A program made the translations under genes and the position numbers. Positions 54,752 through 62,703 of a DNA stretch of 64,000 nt are shown piece after piece (the stretch's first letter is position 1; the number at the start of each line of letters is the position of its first letter). Under the pieces are notes generated by a model. It did not search any database and was not told the DNA's origin. It saw only the letters and a list, made by a program, of their open reading frames with translations. The stretch lies in IMG/VR virus record IMGVR_UViG_3300028586_000003, positions 738-64,737 of that record. One strand, given 5' to 3'. The stretch comes from a virus. Taxonomy: Duplodnaviria; Caudoviricetes.

Positions 54752-55329
54752 AGCCCGCTCTCCGCGGCGGTCGGCCAGTTCCAAAAGCCCTGCAGGCCGC
54801 GCATCGGAATGGGCTGATCCCACTCCTCGACGTCGAGCATAGGCCACGCGAAGTTCGCATGCTTACGGCGGTCGCTGTCAAAGCCCTCGAAACCCTCGAA
54901 ACCCTCCTTCCCGATAAGCGGATGCTGCGCCTCGACGCTAAGGCCGAACTCCGCCTCCGCCACGTCAATGCCGTTGCGCGGCTCGCCAAGAATGACAGTT
55001 CCCAGACCGACACCGTAGCGGAGCCACGTTCCCGAGCCGTCGTCGTTGCAAAGCGACATCGCATAGGCCGCCTCGAGGATCGGTTCGGCCTTGTCCTGAT
55101 GCAGGCAGGTGCCCGTCCACGCGTCGCCACCCTCCCGGCGCTTGTCCAAGATGAAGCCGATCTCCGACGGTTTGATCCTTCTGGTCGACGCGTGGATCAC
55201 GATGCGTTCGCCGATCATCGCCGCGTATGAACCGCCGCGTTCGCGCGGGCTCCACTTGCGAAACTCGTACGGCTTGGCGCCTGCCATGATGAGCGAGGCC
55301 CACGGCTGGTAAATGGTGAGAGCTTTCAA
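54748..55329 (-). CDS. ASCH domain protein
   Basis: MKALTIYQPWASLIMAGAKPYEFR; PIPMRGLQGFW. Confidence 0.85.
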   Translation of the reverse strand: MKALTIYQPWASLIMAGAKPYEFRKWSPRERGGSYAAMIGERIVIHASTRRIKPSEIGFILDKRREGGDAWTGTCLHQDKAEPILEAAYAMSLCNDDGSGTWLRYGVGLGTVILGEPRNGIDVAEAEFGLSVEAQHPLIGKEGFEGFEGFDSDRRKHANFAWPMLDVEEWDQPIPMRGLQGFWNWPTAAESGL

Positions 55330-55457
55330 AACTCCGACTCCTTCACGACAGGCGCGACGACCGGACAGATCTTCGGGTTGTAGATGAGGTACGTCGTGCT
55401 CACGATCGTCAGTCCGACAATGACAAAGCAGATGATGGTTGCGATGGTGTCGCGCAT
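55326..55457 (-). CDS. Small membrane protein
   Basis: 43 aa, one TM segment. Confidence 0.45.
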   Translation of the reverse strand: MRDTIATIICFVIVGLTIVSTTYLIYNPKICPVVAPVVKESEF

Positions 55458-55738
55458 TAATCCCACTCCGACTTGATCTTCTCGCCAGCGCCGTTCCAGA
55501 CGATCGTATCGCCGGAGTGCTTCAGCACCGTCGCCGCGCCTGCCATCTGGCGCCACGGATCCGGGAGTTCGGCGGGTTCGATGCAGTCGAGCGTGAAGCC
55601 AAGGATGGACTTCCGGATGCCGAAGCACTGGCCCGCCTTCTCCATGAACACGGCCTCGACCGTCTCATTCGTGAAGTCGCCCCAAAGCTGCGCCTTGTCG
55701 CCTTCGCCGTAATCAATATCGGCCTTCATTACGGGCAT
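55457..55738 (-). CDS. Hypothetical protein
   Basis: Coupled ORF. Confidence 0.5.
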   Translation of the reverse strand: MPVMKADIDYGEGDKAQLWGDFTNETVEAVFMEKAGQCFGIRKSILGFTLDCIEPAELPDPWRQMAGAATVLKHSGDTIVWNGAGEKIKSEWD

Positions 55739-56292
55739 CAGGAATTCCTATCTGCGAGCGCGGCGTCACGCGCGAGGTTGATGGTGAGGAGCTTCTGTTC
55801 GTCCCCGCCCGCGTTCTTCGCCTCACGACGGTACGCTTCCTTGATCTGCGCATCGGTTGCGCCGGGCAGGATCGAGAGCACGGTCGTAAAGTGCTCGGGC
55901 GCCGGGAGCGCCGTGAAGCCGCGGAACGTCTGGCGAACGATGTTGAGACCGCCGTGCCGCATCACGGTCCGGTGGGCGTTGATGATGAGGCTGATCGCCT
56001 GCAGGTTCGCCGCGATCGTCGCATATCGGTCAACCGCGAAGACGCGCTGCGCGCCATCCCAGTTGAACCAGACGGCCACGCCCTTGTCCTTCGGCATCGG
56101 ACCGAGACCCGCCATGTTCGTCGTCATGACCACGTCGCTGACCCGCTTGGTCGTATCGTTGCCGAACCGGCGTAGTTCGTCCTCGACGTTCTTCTGCGCG
56201 GCGGTAAGCGTCGCCTTGAACTGCCCGGCAGTGGTCGTCGTCGCGCGAGGGAGGCCATCAGGCCACGCCAGCGGATAGGGTGGGATAGACAT
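55738..56292 (-). CDS. Phage protein with C-terminal degenerate J-domain
   Basis: YPLAWPDG N-terminus; VLSILPGATDAQIKEAYRREAK...GGD; no HPD. Confidence 0.7.
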   Translation of the reverse strand: MSIPPYPLAWPDGLPRATTTTAGQFKATLTAAQKNVEDELRRFGNDTTKRVSDVVMTTNMAGLGPMPKDKGVAVWFNWDGAQRVFAVDRYATIAANLQAISLIINAHRTVMRHGGLNIVRQTFRGFTALPAPEHFTTVLSILPGATDAQIKEAYRREAKNAGGDEQKLLTINLARDAALADRNS

Positions 56293-56309
56293 GATGACCT
56301 CCGGTCGGC

Positions 56310-56627
56310 TTAGGCGAGCTTGCCTTGGTGGAACTTGATGAGGTGCTTCGACCCGACAGCGACGGCCTCGCCGGTGCCCGGATTGCGCGCCGTGCGCTCC
56401 GCGTAGAACTTGCGACGGAACGTGCCGAAGCCGCCGATCCGGACATGCTCATCGCGCTCGAGCATCGTCTGCATGCTGTCGAACACGCGGGCGACCGCCA
56501 GCTTGGCGTCCGCTTCGGTCATGGTGCTGTTCCGCGCGCGCATCTCCGCCACAAGGGCGGTGCTGGTGTGGCGGTTCAACTTTGCAATGGTCGTCATCTT
56601 CTTCTCCAGAGGGGGAATGTTAGTCAT
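56310..56627 (-). CDS. HU/IHF family DNA-binding protein
   Basis: VRIGGFGTF...ARNPGTGEAV. Confidence 0.9.
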   Translation of the reverse strand: MTNIPPLEKKMTTIAKLNRHTSTALVAEMRARNSTMTEADAKLAVARVFDSMQTMLERDEHVRIGGFGTFRRKFYAERTARNPGTGEAVAVGSKHLIKFHQGKLA

Positions 56628-57885
56628 CGTCGCCGTCCCCCGCGCCGGCGGCGTCCATCGCGAATTTGGTATTACGCTCGGTCACCTTGCTGGTGAGGCG
56701 ATCGCGTACGGCCTTCTTCGCGTGTTTCAGGACCGGACCGGCTCCGCGCCAGATCTGGTCGACCTCTTCGGCCGTCTTGGCGGCGTCGATCTTGGTCTCC
56801 AGATCGACGCCCCAGACGCTCCACGCCTGTTCGTTCTCCGGCAACTGCACCTCTGGCTCGCGCTGCTGCTGCTCGCGCGGCGCGTTCTGGCTCCGCTGCT
56901 GCTCGCGCGCGTTCTCGCGGTCCTCCGCCTCGCCGCGATCCATCTCGACACCTTCGTCATCACGACCGAGATCCAGCGGCACACCGCTTCCAGTGCCGCG
57001 CTGATCGTCGATCATGCCGCGTGTCGGGCGCGCTCCGGCCGGTGCCGAATAATGCGGAACGCTGGCGAGTTGCGGATGCGGCGCGGTGCGATCGAACTGT
57101 GGGAACATCTGCTGCGCTTCCATGTCGCGAATGAGGCTGGTTCCCGCGAGCGACTTGCGCAGACGGCGGATCACCGTCTTCTTCCACATCTCGGTCGGCC
57201 ACCGCGTCCAGACCTTGTCGGTCTTCGACTCCTTCATCACGTCCAGGACGGCGACCTTGTCCATCCACTCGTGCTTGAACACTCCGACCTGAATCTCGGC
57301 GACCGAGTAGACGCCGACCATCTCGCCCTTGTCACCGAATAGGATCGGCGAGTGGTGGATCCCCGGGTTCGTGCCCTCGAGCAGCATGAAGTGCGGCTTG
57401 CCGTCGACAGGATTGATCTCGGTCGTCTCGCGCTTGTAGACGATGACCGCCTTGACCGAGAGCGCTGCACCCGTCTGCAGGATCTGTTTGATGAGGCCGA
57501 ATACCATCGGCATGTAGCGCGCGATCAACCGCTTCTTCCAAACGGTGCCGTCTTTGTAGTTTTCCTCGGCGTCGATGATCGCGGCTTCCTTGCCGTCGAT
57601 CCGGAGGCCGTCGTACGCCGCCTTCACGCACGCATCGACGATCGAGGCGAACGTGCAGCGGAGCAGCTTGGGATTGTTGCGGAGCGCTTGGTTCACGTTC
57701 GCGAGAAAGGCGTCGAGGGTGACGTCCTTTGGCAGGACATGAGCGAGCTCCTCTCCGCGCAGATCGAGCGCGCGCAGGACCGCGTTAAGCCGCTCGCCGA
57801 GCGACTCCGCGTCATTGTTCTGCAGCGGCGCTTGCCGATCGTCCTGTCGATTGTTGCCGCCGTTGCCGCGGTTATTCTGTGCCAT
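56620..57885 (-). CDS. recT: RecT-family single-strand annealing protein
   Basis: NNPKLLRCTFASIVDACVKAAYDGL; WPTEMWKKTVIRRLRK. Confidence 0.88.
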   Translation of the reverse strand: MAQNNRGNGGNNRQDDRQAPLQNNDAESLGERLNAVLRALDLRGEELAHVLPKDVTLDAFLANVNQALRNNPKLLRCTFASIVDACVKAAYDGLRIDGKEAAIIDAEENYKDGTVWKKRLIARYMPMVFGLIKQILQTGAALSVKAVIVYKRETTEINPVDGKPHFMLLEGTNPGIHHSPILFGDKGEMVGVYSVAEIQVGVFKHEWMDKVAVLDVMKESKTDKVWTRWPTEMWKKTVIRRLRKSLAGTSLIRDMEAQQMFPQFDRTAPHPQLASVPHYSAPAGARPTRGMIDDQRGTGSGVPLDLGRDDEGVEMDRGEAEDRENAREQQRSQNAPREQQQREPEVQLPENEQAWSVWGVDLETKIDAAKTAEEVDQIWRGAGPVLKHAKKAVRDRLTSKVTERNTKFAMDAAGAGDGDDD

Positions 57886-57895
57886 CGTAACGCTC

Positions 57896-58678
57896 CTATG
57901 AGATCCGGTTGCCGGTGCTGTTCTTGACCCGGATGCCCGCCGGGATACCCATGTGCCGCGCCGTCGACCGGACGACAGTCAGGATCGCCTCGATCACGGT
58001 CGGCGACGTCATGATGTGCGCGGGAATGAGGCTGATATCCTCGATCTCGTATTCGACGATCGTCTTCTGCGTAACGGTCGCGCCGAGATCCCCGCGGATC
58101 TTCGCGCGCTTCGCCGGGAGCATCTGGGGAGACGGTGCCGCCATCACCTTCACGACCCGCGGCTCGGATGGGTTGTAGTCGATGATCGATCGCGGTTGGT
58201 GGCCGGGCAACTCGTCAGGATTGCTTGCAGGTTCGGCCGGCGCCGGATTGCGCAGTGCGGCACGCTCGCGCTGCTGCTCCGCGCGTTGGTCGGCGATCCG
58301 CTTGTCCTCGATTTCGGTGTACGCGTCGATCTGCTCGGCGAGCCCCTGCATCTGCTCCACGACGGGTTCCCAGAACTCCCGGGCGGCGGCAGTCAGCGCA
58401 AGATGCGTAGTGCGGAACGGTTCGCTACGCTCTTTCCGGTCCGCTTCGATCTCGGCCCACACCTCACCGGCGAGCTTGATCGTATCGGCCGCCGCGCCAG
58501 CGCTCTCGCGGTCCCGCACCACCTGGCGCGATGCCGACGTCAGGAACTCGGACCGGCGACGCTCGTACGTCTTGCCGCTCGGCTGCTCGACGTCATGCAA
58601 GAACGCCGTGTGCTGGTCGAGCGCGGCCCGGTGGAAGTCACCGCTGTTGTCGCCGTAAACAGCCTCGCGGGGTTGGGG
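57896..58678 (-). CDS. Coiled-coil protein (Gam/Gp157-like position)
   Basis: Helical, upstream of recT; family uncertain. Confidence 0.45.
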   Translation of the reverse strand, partial: PQPREAVYGDNSGDFHRAALDQHTAFLHDVEQPSGKTYERRRSEFLTSASRQVVRDRESAGAAADTIKLAGEVWAEIEADRKERSEPFRTTHLALTAAAREFWEPVVEQMQGLAEQIDAYTEIEDKRIADQRAEQQRERAALRNPAPAEPASNPDELPGHQPRSIIDYNPSEPRVVKVMAAPSPQMLPAKRAKIRGDLGATVTQKTIVEYEIEDISLIPAHIMTSPTVIEAILTVVRSTARHMGIPAGIRVKNSTGNRIS

Positions 58679-58692
58679 GACTTCGTCTTCGA

Positions 58693-58953
58693 TCATCGTA
58701 TGGGTTTCCGCTGCTCTTCTTCGATCAAGATGGTCCGCAGTCCCGCGCACCGAATTTGCGCAATGTCCCGCGCAAGTTCTTGCGTATCCCTCACCCGTCG
58801 ATTGTCCATATTAGTCACGACGTCCGGATTTATTGCTCCGCATAGGGCGATGAGCACACATTCCTCGTGTTCAAGGCGGGCAACAACTTGCTCCTGACGC
58901 AAGGTCAGGGGCATGGACATGGCAATGCCGGTAAGCGTTCTATTCGTAGCCAA
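58693..58953 (-). CDS. Hypothetical protein
   Basis: ORF in operon. Confidence 0.35.
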   Translation of the reverse strand: MATNRTLTGIAMSMPLTLRQEQVVARLEHEECVLIALCGAINPDVVTNMDNRRVRDTQELARDIAQIRCAGLRTILIEEEQRKPIR

Positions 58954-58963
58954 ACTAAGCCTC

Positions 58964-59365
58964 CTACATTCCGGGAAGTGTGGCGGTCATCGCGTTGATG
59001 CGCCCGCCCGGGGTTGCCATTGCGTCGTCCGGATCATGGGCCTGCGACCACGCGGCGCGCTGGATCCGGAAGGCGTAATCGGAAGCGGAGATCGGCTCGA
59101 GCCCGATGGCAGGCCAGAAGTCGGTAACCGCGGAAAAGGTGATGCCGCCGAGCGTGAGCGGCTGGTCGAACGCGACGCCTGCGATCTCGATCTGCCAGCG
59201 ATGGGAGCGGTCTAGCTCCTCGCGCGTCTCGGGATCGATCGGTGCGCCGAACCAGATCTTGACGGGGATATCCACGCGGCGGGCGCGTCGGCGCTGGATG
59301 AGGTAGCAACCCTCAACCAGCGCGTCGGCGCCGTCCTGCACACGAAGGAACGGCTCTTCGATCAC
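58964..59365 (-). CDS. Hypothetical protein
   Basis: Coupled ORF. Confidence 0.55.
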   Translation of the reverse strand: MIEEPFLRVQDGADALVEGCYLIQRRRARRVDIPVKIWFGAPIDPETREELDRSHRWQIEIAGVAFDQPLTLGGITFSAVTDFWPAIGLEPISASDYAFRIQRAAWSQAHDPDDAMATPGGRINAMTATLPGM

Positions 59366-59961
59366 TAGGCTTGCCCGGCGTGCGTCACGATTGCGCGCAC
59401 GACGTCGGCCGCGGCCATCGGCTGTTCCTCCAGGCGCGACCGTAGGCTTGCGAGCCCGCTTTCTGTCGCCGCCAGCACGGCCGCCACGTAGGTCTCATCG
59501 TCGGTGCGCGGAACGCCCGCTTCAGCCGCGACCAGCGCATCGCCAAACTCCGGCGCCCGCTCGCGCAGGACGTCGAACGTCATGAGGTCGAGTTGGCCCG
59601 TCAGGTGCGTCGAGGCGAAGAGCTTTACCGTCTCGATCGACTCGATTGAATTATCATCTGCCTCTCGGTCGAAACCAGCCCAGTCTTCGAAGAACTTGAG
59701 CGCATCTCCAGAGCGATCGCGTTCGACCGGCTTGATCTCCGACATCGTGGGATCGTCCACGGCAGTAGTCGGCTTTTCTCCCGCCAACTCGATCGTCTTG
59801 TTGCCGCGTACCCAGTTCGCGACCTCCGCACCGCGCGCCGGCCGGAGTTCGGTCACCGCCGCGCCGACGACGTGACGAACGGCCGCTGCAGGATTGGGCG
59901 CTTCGACCATGCGAGAGACGCCGTTGTAGATGATGAAATACGGGCGCGTGTTTGCCGCCAT
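59365..59961 (-). CDS. Hypothetical protein
   Basis: MAANTRPYFII start after GGAGA. Confidence 0.55.
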   Translation of the reverse strand: MAANTRPYFIIYNGVSRMVEAPNPAAAVRHVVGAAVTELRPARGAEVANWVRGNKTIELAGEKPTTAVDDPTMSEIKPVERDRSGDALKFFEDWAGFDREADDNSIESIETVKLFASTHLTGQLDLMTFDVLRERAPEFGDALVAAEAGVPRTDDETYVAAVLAATESGLASLRSRLEEQPMAAADVVRAIVTHAGQA

Positions 59962-59993
59962 GTCATTCTCCAGTTCTGTTGCGAGGTTTGCGG

Positions 59994-60122
59994 TCAGGAC
60001 CAATAGTAGAGTAGCTTCGTGAGCAGGGTTGGCCCCGCCACGAAGGCGACAGCGATGACGATCGCGCCGACGCTGTCTCGCATCCGATGAGGGATGCTGT
60101 TGTAGATCTTGGTCCAGTTCAT
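59994..60122 (-). CDS. Small membrane protein (42 aa, not in ORF track)
   Basis: MNWTKIYNSIPHRMRDSVGAIVIAVAFVAGPTLLTKLLYYWS with GGAGG RBS. Confidence 0.5.
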   Translation of the reverse strand: MNWTKIYNSIPHRMRDSVGAIVIAVAFVAGPTLLTKLLYYWS

Positions 60123-60157
60123 CGCCGATGGCCTCCGACTCGATGAGGAGTTCCGTA

Positions 60158-60236
60158 TCGCCCTATTTTACGGGGCTGACAAGCCGCTCGCGTAAAATAT
60201 ATTTGACGGCTTGTGCGGTGGAATCGGTCGCCCTAT
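60158..60236. promoter_or_regulatory. Divergent promoter/operator region
   Basis: Interleaved inverted repeats ATTTTACG/CGTAAAAT and ACAAGCCG/CGGCTTGT, direct repeat TCGCCCTAT, -35-like TTGACG (+) and TTGTCA (-). Confidence 0.6.
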
Positions 60237-60247
60237 CCCATGCGTCC

Positions 60248-60505
60248 ATGACCACATTGCATCCCGACTCGGCAGCGATCGACCGCATTGGCGCGATCGC
60301 CATACGCGAACGCTTTGGCATCACCCGGCAGGCCGTCTTTTACTGGCGGCGCAAAGGTGTGCCGAATGAGCATCGCCGAGATCTGATCGCGATGGGGAGG
60401 AAGTTGGGACACGATATGTCCGACATGCAGATTAAGACGGCGCGGAAACGCGGCCGTCCAACAACGTCCGGCACCTCGCCGACGTCGCTGGCATCGCCAG
60501 CGTAA
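60248..60505 (+). CDS. Cro-like HTH regulator
   Basis: AIRERFGITRQAVFYWRRKGVP. Confidence 0.8.
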   Translation: MTTLHPDSAAIDRIGAIAIRERFGITRQAVFYWRRKGVPNEHRRDLIAMGRKLGHDMSDMQIKTARKRGRPTTSGTSPTSLASPA

Positions 60506-60522
60506 CCCGCCAGGAGAACATC

Positions 60523-61161
60523 ATGGCAGCAAGAGCAAGCGCGGACCAAGTCCAGAGCGACATGCGTCCCGCAAACTTCCGGGGCGCCGTCCAGCGTCTC
60601 CGCACGATCAAACCGAAGAAGGAGCGGATCTCCGCGATCAATGGCGAGATCGGTGGCATCTACGACACCGTCGAAGGCTTCAAGGTCAACAAGAAGGCGG
60701 CGCGCATTTTCCTCGTGCTCGACAAGCTCGAGCCTGACGAACAGCAAGACATCTGGCGTTCGCTGATGGGGCTGATCGATGTCGCCGAATGGCAGGGCGG
60801 TGACCTTGTCGACCAGGCGGAAGGCGCTGCTCCCGGCAACGTCGTCAAGCCGAACTTCGGCCGTCGCAACAAGGTCGACGCTCCCGAGAACGCCGCGGGC
60901 GAAGACGCCGGGCTCGCCGCGGAGATGGAAGCGATCGAGCAGATGCCCACCGAGAATTCGGGTATCAGCGACGCGGAGCCGGTCGACGTCGGCGCGCAGA
61001 AGATCGACGGCGAACCCAAGCAGAAGGTGAAGCGTCTGTCACCGGCTGAAGCCAAGAAGCGGGCACAGAGCCACTTCGCTGAAGGCAAGGCTCCTCCCGC
61101 CGGCAACGAAGCCGAGCCCGAGATCTACACCGGTGACAACACGGATCTCGCGGGCGAATGA
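60523..61161 (+). CDS. GapR/DUF2312-like DNA-binding protein with acidic tail
   Basis: KERISAINGEIGGIYDTVEGFKVNKKAARIFLVLDKLEPDEQ matches the GapR pattern. Confidence 0.55.
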   Translation: MAARASADQVQSDMRPANFRGAVQRLRTIKPKKERISAINGEIGGIYDTVEGFKVNKKAARIFLVLDKLEPDEQQDIWRSLMGLIDVAEWQGGDLVDQAEGAAPGNVVKPNFGRRNKVDAPENAAGEDAGLAAEMEAIEQMPTENSGISDAEPVDVGAQKIDGEPKQKVKRLSPAEAKKRAQSHFAEGKAPPAGNEAEPEIYTGDNTDLAGE

Positions 61162-61730
61162 GACAGGCCGCCGTCTTAGCCCTGGATCTTGCGACGACGA
61201 CGGGTTGGGCGCTCCATCGACCAGGGATGGAGCGCCCGCACTTCGACTCGTTCAAGTTGCCGGGGGGGCCGAACGCCGTCGGTGAGCCGCTGCACGCGCT
61301 CGAATGCTGGCTTCGCGAAATGGCGATCGATGAGCGCGCGACCGGTGGGATCTCCCACTTCTTCTTCGAGGATCAACACGTCAGCCAAAACCCACGCACC
61401 GCATACCGTCTGATCGGTCTCGGCGCACTGGTCGAGAAGTTCGCATACCAGACGAAAGCTCACGCCTATTGCGTCGGCATTGGCGAGTGGCGGAAGCACT
61501 TCCTCGGTCGCGGCGGCGGGTTCAAGCGCGACAAGACGAAGCCGGGCAACCCATACCTTCCCGGCCACGACCCGAAGGAATTGGCGATCCAGCGGTGTGC
61601 GCAATACGGCTGGTTCACAGATGTTCACGATGCCGCGGAAGCATGCGGGATCTTGGATTACGGCCTCTCGCTATTCGAAAACTATCACCGCCCTTGGCGG
61701 GACAAAGCACTATTGGGAGGAAGCCGCTGA
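61158..61730 (+). CDS. RuvC-like Holliday junction resolvase
   Basis: LALDLATTTGW, FFEDQ, HDAAEA. Confidence 0.75.
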   Translation: MRQAAVLALDLATTTGWALHRPGMERPHFDSFKLPGGPNAVGEPLHALECWLREMAIDERATGGISHFFFEDQHVSQNPRTAYRLIGLGALVEKFAYQTKAHAYCVGIGEWRKHFLGRGGGFKRDKTKPGNPYLPGHDPKELAIQRCAQYGWFTDVHDAAEACGILDYGLSLFENYHRPWRDKALLGGSR

Positions 61731-62056
61731 TGGCTTGGACTGAAGACCAGATCGACACGCTGAAGCGGCTGTGGGGCGAAGGCCACCCGGCGTCAGCAAT
61801 CGCCGAGAAGATGGGCGGCGCACTTAGCCGGAGTTCGATCATCGGAAAGGCGCACCGGCTCGGCCTGGAGGCGCGGTTGAACCCGACGGACTTCAACGCC
61901 CTGTTCGAACGCATCGTCGACCGTGTGGTGGATGCACCGCTCAACGAACCGTGCTCGGTCGAAGAGGCCGCGCTGGCGGAAGAGGCGAACATCCGATGGG
62001 CGGAACGGATGTGGAACAGCAAGATCATCGCGACGCATGGTGGTGACCCCCGGTGA
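61730..62056 (+). CDS. gcrA: GcrA-like protein (N-terminal DNA-binding domain only)
   Basis: MAWTEDQIDTLKRLWGEGHPASAIAEKMGGALSRSSIIGKAHRLGL. Confidence 0.8.
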   Translation: MAWTEDQIDTLKRLWGEGHPASAIAEKMGGALSRSSIIGKAHRLGLEARLNPTDFNALFERIVDRVVDAPLNEPCSVEEAALAEEANIRWAERMWNSKIIATHGGDPR

Positions 62057-62703
62057 GCACTCCCGACAATCTGCCATTCCCCCCGCTCCCGGAGGGGAAG
62101 TTCACCTTTGCCAGCATCGATCCGCCTTGGACGTTCGCTATTCGCGGTGCGCCAGCGCAGGTCGGTGATCGCAGGCCAGACGCGCACTATCCGACGGCCA
62201 GTATCGAGCACCTGAAGACGCTTCCCGTCTCCGAGATGATGGAGAAGGATGCGCTGATCGCGATGTGGATCACCGGGCCCCTTCTCATCCAGGCGGTGCA
62301 TAACGAACTGTTTCCGGCGTGGGGATTCGAGCCTTCGTCGCTGATGTTCGTTTGGATTAAGACCTGGAATAAGTTCGCGACCAAGACGCTGACCGGCACT
62401 GCGCTGCTCGACAGCGATCTCGCGATGGGCGGCGGCTACACTACGCGCGCCAATGCCGAGATGGTCGTGCTCGGCCGTCGTGGAAAGGCAGGCCGCGAGC
62501 GCGCAGACATTCGTCAAGTCATCGTGTCGAATCGCCGTGAGCATAGCCGCAAGCCGGAGGAATTCTATCGGCGGTGTGAGGCGTACATCTCCGGTCGCAA
62601 GATCGACATCTTCGGCGGCGCACCACGCGAAGGATGGACGCACTACGGGTATGGGCACCGTGAGGGTGAGGCGGAGCCAATGCGCGCAGGTAACGCGATA
62701 TGA
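62053..62703 (+). CDS. MT-A70 family N6-adenine methyltransferase
   Basis: DPPW, FVWIK, HSRKPEEFY, IDIFGG..REGW. Confidence 0.9.
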   Translation: MSTPDNLPFPPLPEGKFTFASIDPPWTFAIRGAPAQVGDRRPDAHYPTASIEHLKTLPVSEMMEKDALIAMWITGPLLIQAVHNELFPAWGFEPSSLMFVWIKTWNKFATKTLTGTALLDSDLAMGGGYTTRANAEMVVLGRRGKAGRERADIRQVIVSNRREHSRKPEEFYRRCEAYISGRKIDIFGGAPREGWTHYGYGHREGEAEPMRAGNAI

